Positions 53,801 through 59,386 of a DNA stretch of 64,000 nt are shown in pieces; position 1 is the first letter of the stretch, and each line of letters starts with the position of its first letter. The translations under genes were made by a program, and so were the position numbers. This DNA comes from an uncultured Candidatus Saccharibacteria bacterium (GTDB taxonomy: Bacteria; Patescibacteriota; Minisyncoccia; Phycocordibacterales; Phycocordibacteraceae). The stretch spans positions 921 through 64,920 of the forward strand of contig CAZWLE010000002.1 of assembly GCA_964634305.1 (NCBI GenBank), read 5' to 3'. The notes below the pieces were generated by a model. The model was given only the letters and a program-made list of their open reading frames with translations. It searched no databases and was not told where the DNA came from.

Positions 53801-56800
53801 TCAACGTTTGCGGGCGGGTTGAATGTTGGCTCAGGAGCACTCACGCATGACTTTACGTCAGGCGTGACGTCGATAGGCAATCTTGCTATAGGCGCAATGA
53901 CGTTTGATACCAACTCAGGTGTTATTTCCTGGGTTGATATGCCTGTTACTTCTACTGCTTCTGCCGGCACGGTCCAAAGCTATAGTGCGCAGTTGGATGG
54001 TACTTCGGTGCTTACCGTCTATGCGGTTTCAGATGGCGCTGGAGGTATCGCCTCGACCTCTGTGGGTATTTCTTCATCAACACCGTGGGGTATGTTCTCG
54101 GTTGAGCAGACAAACGGTACGACCTCACCTGTCTTTGTTGTAGGTGATCAGGGAACCTCTACGCCGCATCTGTATATCGGTGCAAACGGAAGGGTAGGTG
54201 TTGGTACGACCTCGCCATGGGCCCGTACGTCACTCAATGCTCCTGCAGGGGAAGCAGCATTTGCTATCGGTTCTTCGACACGCAACCTCTTCTATGTAAC
54301 ATCGCTTGGCACCACCACCATTGGCCGTGGCCTCGACATTATTGGCGCCGTTGCTACTTCCTCTTCCAATGTGGGTTGGAATATCACCACTGGATGTTAT
54401 GCCGTTAATAACACGTGTCTTTCAGGTGGCCTCTCCTCATACGACGCATGGACCCACGCGTCTATCTATCAGTCAGCAACGACGTCGATGATGGGCTTTG
54501 GCACCACGACCCCACGATGGGCACTCCAAGTTGCGTCATCCACTGCGCCGCAGCTCGCACTCTCTGATGGTTCGCTTACTTCAAATCACTGGACTTTCCG
54601 CAACGCAGGTGGCGGTCTCTTTATCGGTACCTCCTCACCGCTTACCTTCGCCACAACCAGCATCTCCGCACTCACCATTAACGCAAGCGGCAACCTTGGT
54701 ATCGGTACCACCTCACCGTCCTCACGACTTACCGTTGCAGGCTCCGGTTTCTTTGAAGGCTCCAACAACTATATAAACTTCGCAACGACAACAGGTGCGA
54801 ACGGCTACGGCTTCCGCGATAACGGCGGTGTTATGGAGTTTAAGAACATGGGCGGCACGTGGCAGGGCGTCACAACGGCAACAACAGGGCCGAGTTTCTC
54901 AGTACATAAAAACAGCTCTGATCAGACGGTCACTGCTGGTATCGATACGCTCCTCACGTGGGCTACTGAGGAATATGATACGAACAACAATTTCAATCTC
55001 GGTACTGGACGGTTCCAGCCGACGGTCCCTGGTAAATACGTCATTTACTTGCAGGTTCGTACTACTAACGGTAGTTCAGCGGTTGCATCGATATATAAGA
55101 ACGGCAGCTTGTATAAACTGGGAATTGTCAGCAGTGCTCTTATTGCAAATGTGACTGCTGTTGTCGACATGAATGGTAGTACCGATTATGTTGACGCATA
55201 CGTAACAAACACAGGTGGCACGACTATCAGCGGTAACATCACGCAAACATATTTTAGCGGCATTATGGTTGCTCCACTGAACAACAACGTCGCCACCAAC
55301 CTTAACCTCCAATACGATGGCACGCAGACTACGCAAGTGGACCAGACCAAGTTCTTCGGTCTCGGTACGTCGACGCCATGGGGTCAGTTTGCTATAAATC
55401 CGCTCGCATCCAACGGTAATGCTCCGTCGTTCGTTATTGGTTCTTCGACTGCTACCAACTTCATTGTTACAAATGCAGGAAATGTCGGTATCGGAACCAC
55501 AAGCCCTGCAAGTAAGCTCCACATTTTTGCGAGCACTGGAGCAGCACAGCTTGACTTTGATGCATCGGCAAGTCAATTCCGTGGCTTCACCGTTAAAACT
55601 GGAAACTCTACACGTTGGGCGGTGGGCGGTGGTACAAGTGTTGCAGAAAGTGGAAGTAACGTTGGGTCGAACCTGTTCATAGATCGTTACTCCGACTCAG
55701 GTTCCTATCTTGGCACTGCGATGACCTTTATTCGCAGTAGCGGTTATGTAGGTATCGGTACTACGACCCCCGCGTGGAATTTAAACATAGCCGACGCTAC
55801 GAGATCGCAGCTTACGCTTTCTGACGGATCTGTAACTCAGAACCCATGGAGCTTCCGCAGTATTAACGGCAACCTATATATTGCAACCTCGTCACCCTCT
55901 ACGTTCGCAACGTCGACCGTTGCTGCGCTCACTATAAATAGCAACGGTACGGTTCTTGTAGGTAATGGTCTTGGCAAACTCACCATTGGTACCTTGGACC
56001 CGGTCTACACCGTCAACGGTACGGCGTACGCAACGTACATGGCAGGCATGATTGGTGTAAAGGAAGAAACAACCGGTAATGCCGTTATTGACACACCCCT
56101 TACCGCTGAAGATGGCAGTACGGGATACGTCGCCGTACTCGACTTTGATGAATTAGAGCCAGGCAGTGACTTGTGGCTCTTCTCGCAAACGACTCATATT
56201 CGCAAGAACATTGATAAGCTCGTCGTGCTTCTCACTGCAGAAAATGGTGGGAAGGTTTGGTATGAGATAGACAAGGCAGAGCGTAAGGTCTACCTCTTAG
56301 CCGATAGACCAACGCGTGTCTCGTATCGTATGACGGCGCCGCGGTTTGATTCTGAATCATGGACAAACTTCAACCATGACGGCGTCATCGGCTTTACTCC
56401 ACCGTCTGATGATTTAACGGTGTACTTCACTGACGAACATGCGTTGTCGTTTGGTAATGCAAACCTGGTCTCCGGCACGTCAACGCTCGCAACGTTGCTT
56501 GAGGAATATGACGAAGAAGGTGAAGAAGAACTCAAGCCATGGACCGCGGCACTCGTTGAGGCAAGTGACGGGTTGAAGACCGCTATGGATGACCTGTCGA
56601 ATCAGGTGATTGAAGTCATGCACGGCGCTCAGTACTTTGCTGACGGTATCTTTAAGCGCATCTTTGCGCAGGAAGTATATACAGACAAAATCTGTGTGAC
56701 CGACGCAGAGGGAGAGACGTGTCTGACTCGTGCGCAGCTTAACCAGCTCTTATCAGGCGCAGCGGCCTCTGGCGGTGGCAATACTAGTGGTGGTTCTGGT

Positions 56801-56983
56801 GATACTTCTGGCGGAGACACAGGCGGCGGAGATACCGGTGGTGGCGAAGGCGATACTGGCGGAGGTGATACGGGTGGTGACACCGGCGGCGGAGATACCG
56901 GCGGAGGCGACTCTGGCGGAGATTCCGGAGGTGGCGGAAGTGAGGGTGGGGACTCGGGCGGCGGAGAGGGTGGCGCTCCTTAA
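41864..56983 (+). CDS. Giant 5039-aa surface fibre/adhesin-like protein with N-terminal HTH, hydrophobic helix, modular T/S/G-rich repeats, C1q-like domain and conserved C-terminal domain
   Basis: Uninterrupted 15.1-kb ORF. HTH ISTRDASALSGYHSDYLARLCRE...IGRSWVL; helix SAVAALIAVVSVGSGLVAA; repeated GGTG, QVQFN..G.F.GD and G.VGIGTT.P fibre motifs. Confidence 0.85.
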   Translation: MSLLLDSNLISTRDASALSGYHSDYLARLCREEKIVGSRIGRSWVLDRASLDAFIRDQELAKKEHAVALTRQREQEYREAQKVHETIAVVEAEQASETPVEAPEVVSVPVTTPVSAPERSYVPIPSPYAELHPIRNSAVAALIAVVSVGSGLVAAEARIVEHVARISVENVAIASDIGYEALASAATATLAFETELGRSIISGVDTLATLTRAEHQSDTAASIRFAYDAGALLHAPTLQTIPEALYGAQLSIGTTLIGTSDAILAAHHTGTNAWVEGSDIVPRRVIAAIYGVGDEFQRVALLAPHAAATTADTAIVALAGETRTVANNAVDAISSSRDVFARAFNTRLVEPRATLAAVPHEDTLGPARALALFTYETLNSFFDATSRTLAMLFAPLAPNVAYAPELTVPGTGTTSVSRQVVEVSRVVNEITNVTYSSPITYVYGGVTMEYVRAAIENLRDDVADADYGSGDGGLADITGSSIEELSDVGTMAKTWGDLLFWDGTEWSNLATSSLGITGSGIPGGAPGYVQYNVGGNFGGDAAFTFDAAADRLSFTYGSTTAFSTGFLNATSAVIDTLSSTVATVTSLIATNATTTNATSTNLTALNSFALGADRITDLTGSGLTVTAGALAVDDVTPAMLQAADFGDFTCNGTSCSFDADTVSDSELDYGTVTLTDFTNDAGFITGIGAFSIEDLSDVAAMTESYGNLLSWNGSAWTNIATSTLNIALSNTTGILPISRGGTGTSTVPTYGQLLVGDGLGGYALLATSSLGISGSGGTPGGLTGQVQFNSAGTFAGDTGFTYDAAADRLTVTYASSTAFSSIYASSTNVFAGNLTVGSLTGILKATGGVVSAATAGTDYENPLTFAYPLTRSVNTVSLAFGTTTTNTWVHQIFSSLVATNASSTNATTSQLAVTSLPSQLLRTDGTGRLAGTTIGTGLTFDGTTLSATGGGGTGNVSTSSSETAGQVPYWTTTAGSPARLGSVATTTFAVSGPFNVSGSLGSLIGGTNATISYYGLATTSNISQGQVLYGTSASGVASVATSTPALSTAFSYSGTLGSFVGGASGTLSLANNGVALTNLAQIAANTVLANPTGAIGNVQAIATSTFFGTGTGGYVLAWNNGAPTWVGTSSIQNGVAAIGPAGQTQTGTVLIATSTSGTDITVTATGGTITFNIPSASASARGLLTSTDWNTFNNKISSTSLSGGTGISYNSGSGVITNTGVTSLSGTTNQITASAATGAVTVSLPGLVAFPNAYTASYGTTTYASSTALSSVYASSTNASFGNLSVGTLTGPLQAVNGVVSASSTLSVVYGGTGWNAVQSGALLYGNGAGRLATTTQGTGGQVLAWLNGIPTWTATSSIQNGVSSVQQSFGAAQTGAITLATSSDTNVLLSITNSGGTFTFTPSWTGTLAYGRGGTGTTTAPAGQLLYGGTTAYQSVATSTVSAGTGIGFTGTPGYLVGGTNLTITNNGVTSISGTTNQITASAGTGAVTLSLPGLVAFPNAYTASYGTTTYASSTALSAAYASSTNLFVGNFTLGTLNGPLQANNGVVSATTTIGAIYGGTGQSSYAAGDLLYADSATSLARLPVSTNGLVLKLVGGLPSWQPDLTTGGGGGAGAWSTTTDSLAIYPSDTSDVVIIGASATSTTGSIFEVAGRSYFSNTLSIGTTSGSSLFRLAVQGNGLFSGNLSTANLTATGTVSTANLTATAATTTYLGINNETFTDLTGTGLQNVGGALTINATGDWTGTFDGQEGTYYLNRANHTGTQLASTISDFDGAVNTYIAGSTTIPKTYSANTFTGAQVFSSGVTIGTLNGPLQANNGVVSATTSVGVLYGGTGLTTAPSYGQILVGNSSGGYTLTATSSLGLVTSAVTAIGPAGQAQTGPTVTFATSSTAYNGLTASTTITATGNTITFANTLAGLLGVAGGGTGSTTLGGILTGNGTGQVTSATVSAPLSFSGNTLSISQANGSTNGYLSSTDWNTFNNKISSTSLSGASVISYTSGTGVITTTGGTFGAGNYVFPSALTVQGASSFQNASTTNLSANTLAVGGTGTTSVSATGALTTPSLTIGSLTGILKATAGLVSVATGGTDYENPLTFVYPLTRAVNSISLAFGTTTANTWGAQQTFSGLFATNASTTNATTTSLGINNETFTDLTGTGLQNVGGALTINATGDWTGTFDGQEGTYYLNRANHTGTQLASTISNFDATVNAYIHGSTTIPKTYTANTFTAAQVFSGGVTIGTLNGPLQANNGVVSATTSIGVLYGGTGLTTAPTYGQILVGNSSGGYTLTATSSLGLVTSAVTAIGPAGQTQTGPTITLATSSTAFNGLTASTTITGTGNVITFSNTLAGVLGVAGGGTGSTTLGGILTGNGTGQVTSATVSAPLSFSGNTLSISQANGSTNGYLSSTDWNTFNNKISSTSLSGGTGISYNSGSGVITNTGVTSLSGTTNQITASAATGAVTLSLPGLVAFPNAYTATYGTTTYASSTALSTVYASSTNAFFGNLSVGALTGPLQALNGTVSASSTLSVAYGGTGWNSIQANAVLYGNGAGRLATTSAGTNGQVLALVNGVPTWVATSSINNGVSSIRQSFGAAQTGAITLATSSDTNVLLSITNSGGTFTFAPSWTGQLAVARGGTGAGSFTSGQLVYGAGTGALQSVATSTFAVSGPFTTSGTLGSLVGGTNATVTYYGLATTSAISQGQVLYATGAAGVASVATSTPTLSAAFSYSGTLGSFVGGVNGTLSLATNGVALNNLAQIAANTVLANPTGATGNVQAIATSTFFGTGTGGQVLTWNNGVPQWVATTTYANGTGISTSFANGQLTITNTGVTSLSGTTNQITASAGTGAVTLSLPSLVAFPNAYTATYGTTTYASSTALSSVYASSTNVFAGNLSIGALTGILKATAGVVSTAVAGTDYVAGGAGAATTTLSFSGPFTTSATPVVFGSSPITTTYYGLATTSAISQGQVLYGTSASGVASVATSSVSAGTGIGFTGTPGALVGGTALTITNTGVTSLSGTTNQITASAGTGAVTLSIPSLFSIQQASTTMLSSNGPFFVGTTSTTTIWGNATSTFSGGINLTNGGCYAIGGTCIGALGASGTVNNGTTGQIPYYAANGNILTATSSIFIAASSDVGIGTNAPTNYGAGYRTLAIDGAASGVLDVMSNGTLSGTLYNDGSTFRVGNRNPSAFELITDNTPRLTISGGGDVTINGGSLTIGTLSGLLKATNGLVSAATAGTDYIAGGAGAATSSVSCAGTASCTSFVAFSATPITITGTGLSAYDAWTHPAAGQSATTSLILLDGNASTTQLSATRAYFGGTATSTFTATGALGIATTSPQGLLEIGNNDTGTIGAYITNANTSIGTPRALLSIRNNYAATGLNLYALGSSHFNNGRFRQDGALIEAGSSLSGGLSIATETTAPIRFYTNGDNERLRITETGLVGIGTTSPQFLLQLAAATSPQLTLSDGSLTAAPFNFRAINNTLYLSTSSPTTFATTSTAFASFNNTTGSTSLLKLDVTGSATSSFAGGINLTTGCYAINGTCLPTTAGLASYDAWTHPAAGQSATTSLMLFNGNASTTQLSATRAYFGGTATTTITAAGFVGVGSSTPWAQLSINPTSANGSAPSFVIGSSTGTRFVVRNDGAVGIGTAAPTDALYIQDPNGRGMTINQGSISLLNPSGNAGRLSFNGGSDTSRFWFSPSHEQNYISFDDVGDGYSHVLAIEGGAGTDTGLLYFDSSENLGVATSSPYARLSVWGNSTGKIFEAVTAASSSALSVSATGFGTTTVSGLTISGSATSTSNVGFNITTGCYAINGTCISGGGSGLSSYDAWTHASIYQSATTSMMGFGTTTPRWALQVASSTAPQLTLSDATGGHWSFRSINGNLYIATSSATTFATTSTTALTINTVGNIGIGSSSPWGQLSINANGGVTGSNPLFAIGSSTSNLLVVDYAGRMGLGTTSPYAKLSVVGETVSTFFTATSTSATSTFAGGLNVGSGALTHDFTSGVTSIGNLAIGAMTFDTNSGVISWVDMPVTSTASAGTVQSYSAQLDGTSVLTVYAVSDGAGGIASTSVGISSSTPWGMFSVEQTNGTTSPVFVVGDQGTSTPHLYIGANGRVGVGTTSPWARTSLNAPAGEAAFAIGSSTRNLFYVTSLGTTTIGRGLDIIGAVATSSSNVGWNITTGCYAVNNTCLSGGLSSYDAWTHASIYQSATTSMMGFGTTTPRWALQVASSTAPQLALSDGSLTSNHWTFRNAGGGLFIGTSSPLTFATTSISALTINASGNLGIGTTSPSSRLTVAGSGFFEGSNNYINFATTTGANGYGFRDNGGVMEFKNMGGTWQGVTTATTGPSFSVHKNSSDQTVTAGIDTLLTWATEEYDTNNNFNLGTGRFQPTVPGKYVIYLQVRTTNGSSAVASIYKNGSLYKLGIVSSALIANVTAVVDMNGSTDYVDAYVTNTGGTTISGNITQTYFSGIMVAPLNNNVATNLNLQYDGTQTTQVDQTKFFGLGTSTPWGQFAINPLASNGNAPSFVIGSSTATNFIVTNAGNVGIGTTSPASKLHIFASTGAAQLDFDASASQFRGFTVKTGNSTRWAVGGGTSVAESGSNVGSNLFIDRYSDSGSYLGTAMTFIRSSGYVGIGTTTPAWNLNIADATRSQLTLSDGSVTQNPWSFRSINGNLYIATSSPSTFATSTVAALTINSNGTVLVGNGLGKLTIGTLDPVYTVNGTAYATYMAGMIGVKEETTGNAVIDTPLTAEDGSTGYVAVLDFDELEPGSDLWLFSQTTHIRKNIDKLVVLLTAENGGKVWYEIDKAERKVYLLADRPTRVSYRMTAPRFDSESWTNFNHDGVIGFTPPSDDLTVYFTDEHALSFGNANLVSGTSTLATLLEEYDEEGEEELKPWTAALVEASDGLKTAMDDLSNQVIEVMHGAQYFADGIFKRIFAQEVYTDKICVTDAEGETCLTRAQLNQLLSGAAASGGGNTSGGSGDTSGGDTGGGDTGGGEGDTGGGDTGGDTGGGDTGGGDSGGDSGGGGSEGGDSGGGEGGAP
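47000..47154 (+). repeat. 155-bp direct repeat, copy 1 (copy 2 at 48290-48444)
   Basis: GGCATCAACAACGAAACC...CACACAGGCACGCA appears identical by eye at an offset of 1290 bp. Confidence 0.85.
47618..47757 (+). repeat. 140-bp direct repeat, copy 1 (copy 2 at 48908-49047)
   Basis: CTTGGTGTAGCAGGTGGC...TTTCGCAGGCCAA appears identical by eye at an offset of 1290 bp. Confidence 0.85.
56771..56976 (+). repeat. Coding GGGD[TS] low-complexity tandem repeat at the C-terminus of the giant protein
   Basis: GGDTGGGDTGGGEGDTGGGDTGGDTGGGDTGGGDSGGDS; degenerate units of about 12-15 bp. Confidence 0.8.
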
Positions 56984-56986
56984 TAT

Positions 56987-59338
56987 ATGCGATACCTATC
57001 CTTCATTCTCATCACGATAGTGCTGGTAGCAGGAGGTGTCGCATACCTACGTCCTGAGCATATTAGTCAGCTTGTTGCTCCGCCGCTCGTGGTGACAAAA
57101 ACCACGACTATTCCGAGTGCACCCTCGACTGCTACTACCAGTATTAATCACTACCATTACGAGACGGTAGGGGTTTCCTATGACTATCTTGAGCGCCGGC
57201 TTGCTGAACTCATGGTTGAACGAACTATCATTATTGATAGACGTAGTGAAAGCGGCAGTAGACGTGGTGGTTCGAGCGGTGGGTCTGCGACGGTTGATGA
57301 CGTCACGCCAGACCAACTTGCTGCTGCTGATTTTGGTGACTTTACCTGCAACGGTACTACGTGTGATTTAGATATAGAGAGTTATGGCCTCGAGGACCTT
57401 TCTGATGTGGGAGCGATGACTGAAACATTTGGTGATGTACTTATGTGGAATGGCACTATGTGGACCAATGTTGCTACGTCATCGCTTGGTATTGGGGCAG
57501 GTAGTGGTTCGCCAGGCGGTGCAAACACGCAGGTCCAGTTTAATAACGGTGGCGTGTTTGCGGGTGATGCTGGATTCACCTACGACGCTGCCGCAGACCG
57601 TGTTACCGCAACGTATGCATCTACGACTGGCATTAGTGCATCATATGCATCATCAACGAACGCATTTTTCGGTGCACTTACGCTTGGAGGTGACACACTG
57701 ACTGATTTCACTGGCGCAGGTCTCTCTGTTTCAAGTGGCGCGCTCACTATATCTACCGCGGGCGACTGGACGGGACTCTTTGATGGTCAGGAGGGTAGTT
57801 ACTATCTTGCTAATTCATTTAGTTCGACATCGGCTACGCATTTCGTGCACTCTTCAACAACGATTCCAAAGACGTATACCGCCAATACATTTACCAGCGC
57901 TCAAGTGTTTAGTGGTGGAGTAACGATTGGAACGTTGAACGGACCGCTCCAGGCAAATAATGGTGTTATTTCCGCTACCACCTCTGTTGGTGTGTTGTAT
58001 GGAGGTACAGGACTTACGACGGCACCGACGTACGGACAGGTACTTGTCGGTAATGCCTCTGGAGGGTATACGCTTACGGCGACGAGTTCGCTTGGTCTTG
58101 GAGGCAGTTCCGGTCTCACTTCCTATGATGCCTGGACGCATCCAGCAGCAGGGCAGTCTGCGACAACCTCACTGATGTTGTTTAATGGGAACGCGTCCTC
58201 GACACAGTTCTCTGCGATGCAGGCGTACTTTGGCGGCACCGCAACGACGACCTTCACCGCAGCAGGGTTCCTTGGTGTCGGTTCCTCAAGTCCATGGGCA
58301 CAACTCTCGATTAATCCGACAAGTGCAAACGGCAGTGCACCAGCGTTTGCTATTGGAAGCTCAACTGCAACAAGTTTTGTTATCACAAACGCAGGTAATG
58401 TTGGTATCGGATCGACCTCACCGGCAGCGCGCCTTGGCGTTGCGGGCAACATCTATACAACAGGTGATTTAGTGCTTGGTGGTGGTACCGGAAAACTCAC
58501 CGTCGGTACGGTTGACCCGGTCTACACGGTCGACGGCGTGAACTACGCAACGTATGTCTCGGGCATGGTGGGTATTAAAGAAGAGGTGACGGGTGCCGCA
58601 GATATTCATACACCAGTCACGGCAGATGATGGCAGCTCAGGCTACGTTGCAGTGCTCGATTTTGATGATGAGCTTCCGGGAAGTGACTTGTGGCTCTTTG
58701 CACAAGCAACACATATCCGTAAGCATATAGACCGTCTGATAGTGCTCCTCTCCGCAGAGAACGGTGCACGAGTCTGGTATGAAATCGACGAAGCAGAACG
58801 AAAGGTGTATCTCCTTTCGGATACCCCAACCCGCGTGTCGTACCGTATGACGGCACCACGCTTTGATACCGCCGAGTGGACGAACTACAACCTTGATGGC
58901 ATCACGGGCTTTAAACCGCCGTCAAACGACATAGGGGACTATTTCTCTGAATTGTTCACACTGTCGTTTGGATCTACGACCGCGTATCTCTCTGACGGTC
59001 TTACGGAAGCGCTTCGCACATGGTTTGCAGACGCAACAAACGGTATTGGGTCCATGATGGCGAATGTGTTTAGCGCTAAGGAGAAAATCTGTGTCGATGG
59101 CGAATGTCTTACGAAGGATGACATTCGAGTACTACTTCGTCTCGTGGGAGAGGAACGGGGAGGAGCGGGCGGCGGAGAACCACCAGTGGAACCAGAGGAC
59201 CCACCGGTTGAAGAAGGGCTAACCCCGACTCCAGAGACCCCCCTTCCTGAAGAAGAACCTGAACCTGAGCCAAAAGTGCCAGAAGAGCCACCAAGTACTC
59301 CCGAAGAACCTGCAGGTGAGACGCCGCCTGGTCCGTAG
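56987..59338 (+). CDS. 783-aa membrane-anchored short paralog of the giant fibre protein
   Basis: N-terminal anchor LSFILITIVLVAGGVAYL. Shares AADFGDFTCNGT, GDWTG.FDGQEG, SYDAWTHPAAGQ and the KLT.GT.DPVY...MTAPRFD domain with the giant; E/P-rich tail. Confidence 0.85.
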   Translation: MRYLSFILITIVLVAGGVAYLRPEHISQLVAPPLVVTKTTTIPSAPSTATTSINHYHYETVGVSYDYLERRLAELMVERTIIIDRRSESGSRRGGSSGGSATVDDVTPDQLAAADFGDFTCNGTTCDLDIESYGLEDLSDVGAMTETFGDVLMWNGTMWTNVATSSLGIGAGSGSPGGANTQVQFNNGGVFAGDAGFTYDAAADRVTATYASTTGISASYASSTNAFFGALTLGGDTLTDFTGAGLSVSSGALTISTAGDWTGLFDGQEGSYYLANSFSSTSATHFVHSSTTIPKTYTANTFTSAQVFSGGVTIGTLNGPLQANNGVISATTSVGVLYGGTGLTTAPTYGQVLVGNASGGYTLTATSSLGLGGSSGLTSYDAWTHPAAGQSATTSLMLFNGNASSTQFSAMQAYFGGTATTTFTAAGFLGVGSSSPWAQLSINPTSANGSAPAFAIGSSTATSFVITNAGNVGIGSTSPAARLGVAGNIYTTGDLVLGGGTGKLTVGTVDPVYTVDGVNYATYVSGMVGIKEEVTGAADIHTPVTADDGSSGYVAVLDFDDELPGSDLWLFAQATHIRKHIDRLIVLLSAENGARVWYEIDEAERKVYLLSDTPTRVSYRMTAPRFDTAEWTNYNLDGITGFKPPSNDIGDYFSELFTLSFGSTTAYLSDGLTEALRTWFADATNGIGSMMANVFSAKEKICVDGECLTKDDIRVLLRLVGEERGGAGGGEPPVEPEDPPVEEGLTPTPETPLPEEEPEPEPKVPEEPPSTPEEPAGETPPGP

Positions 59339-59386
59339 TGTACTAACGCCCTCCCTATGCTGGTACGATTGCTATACTACGGACAT

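Noticed and set aside
41864-59338. Prophage tail-fibre genes
   Set aside because: Fibre-like motifs are present, but there is no capsid, terminase, portal, integrase or lysis gene, and both proteins have membrane anchors.
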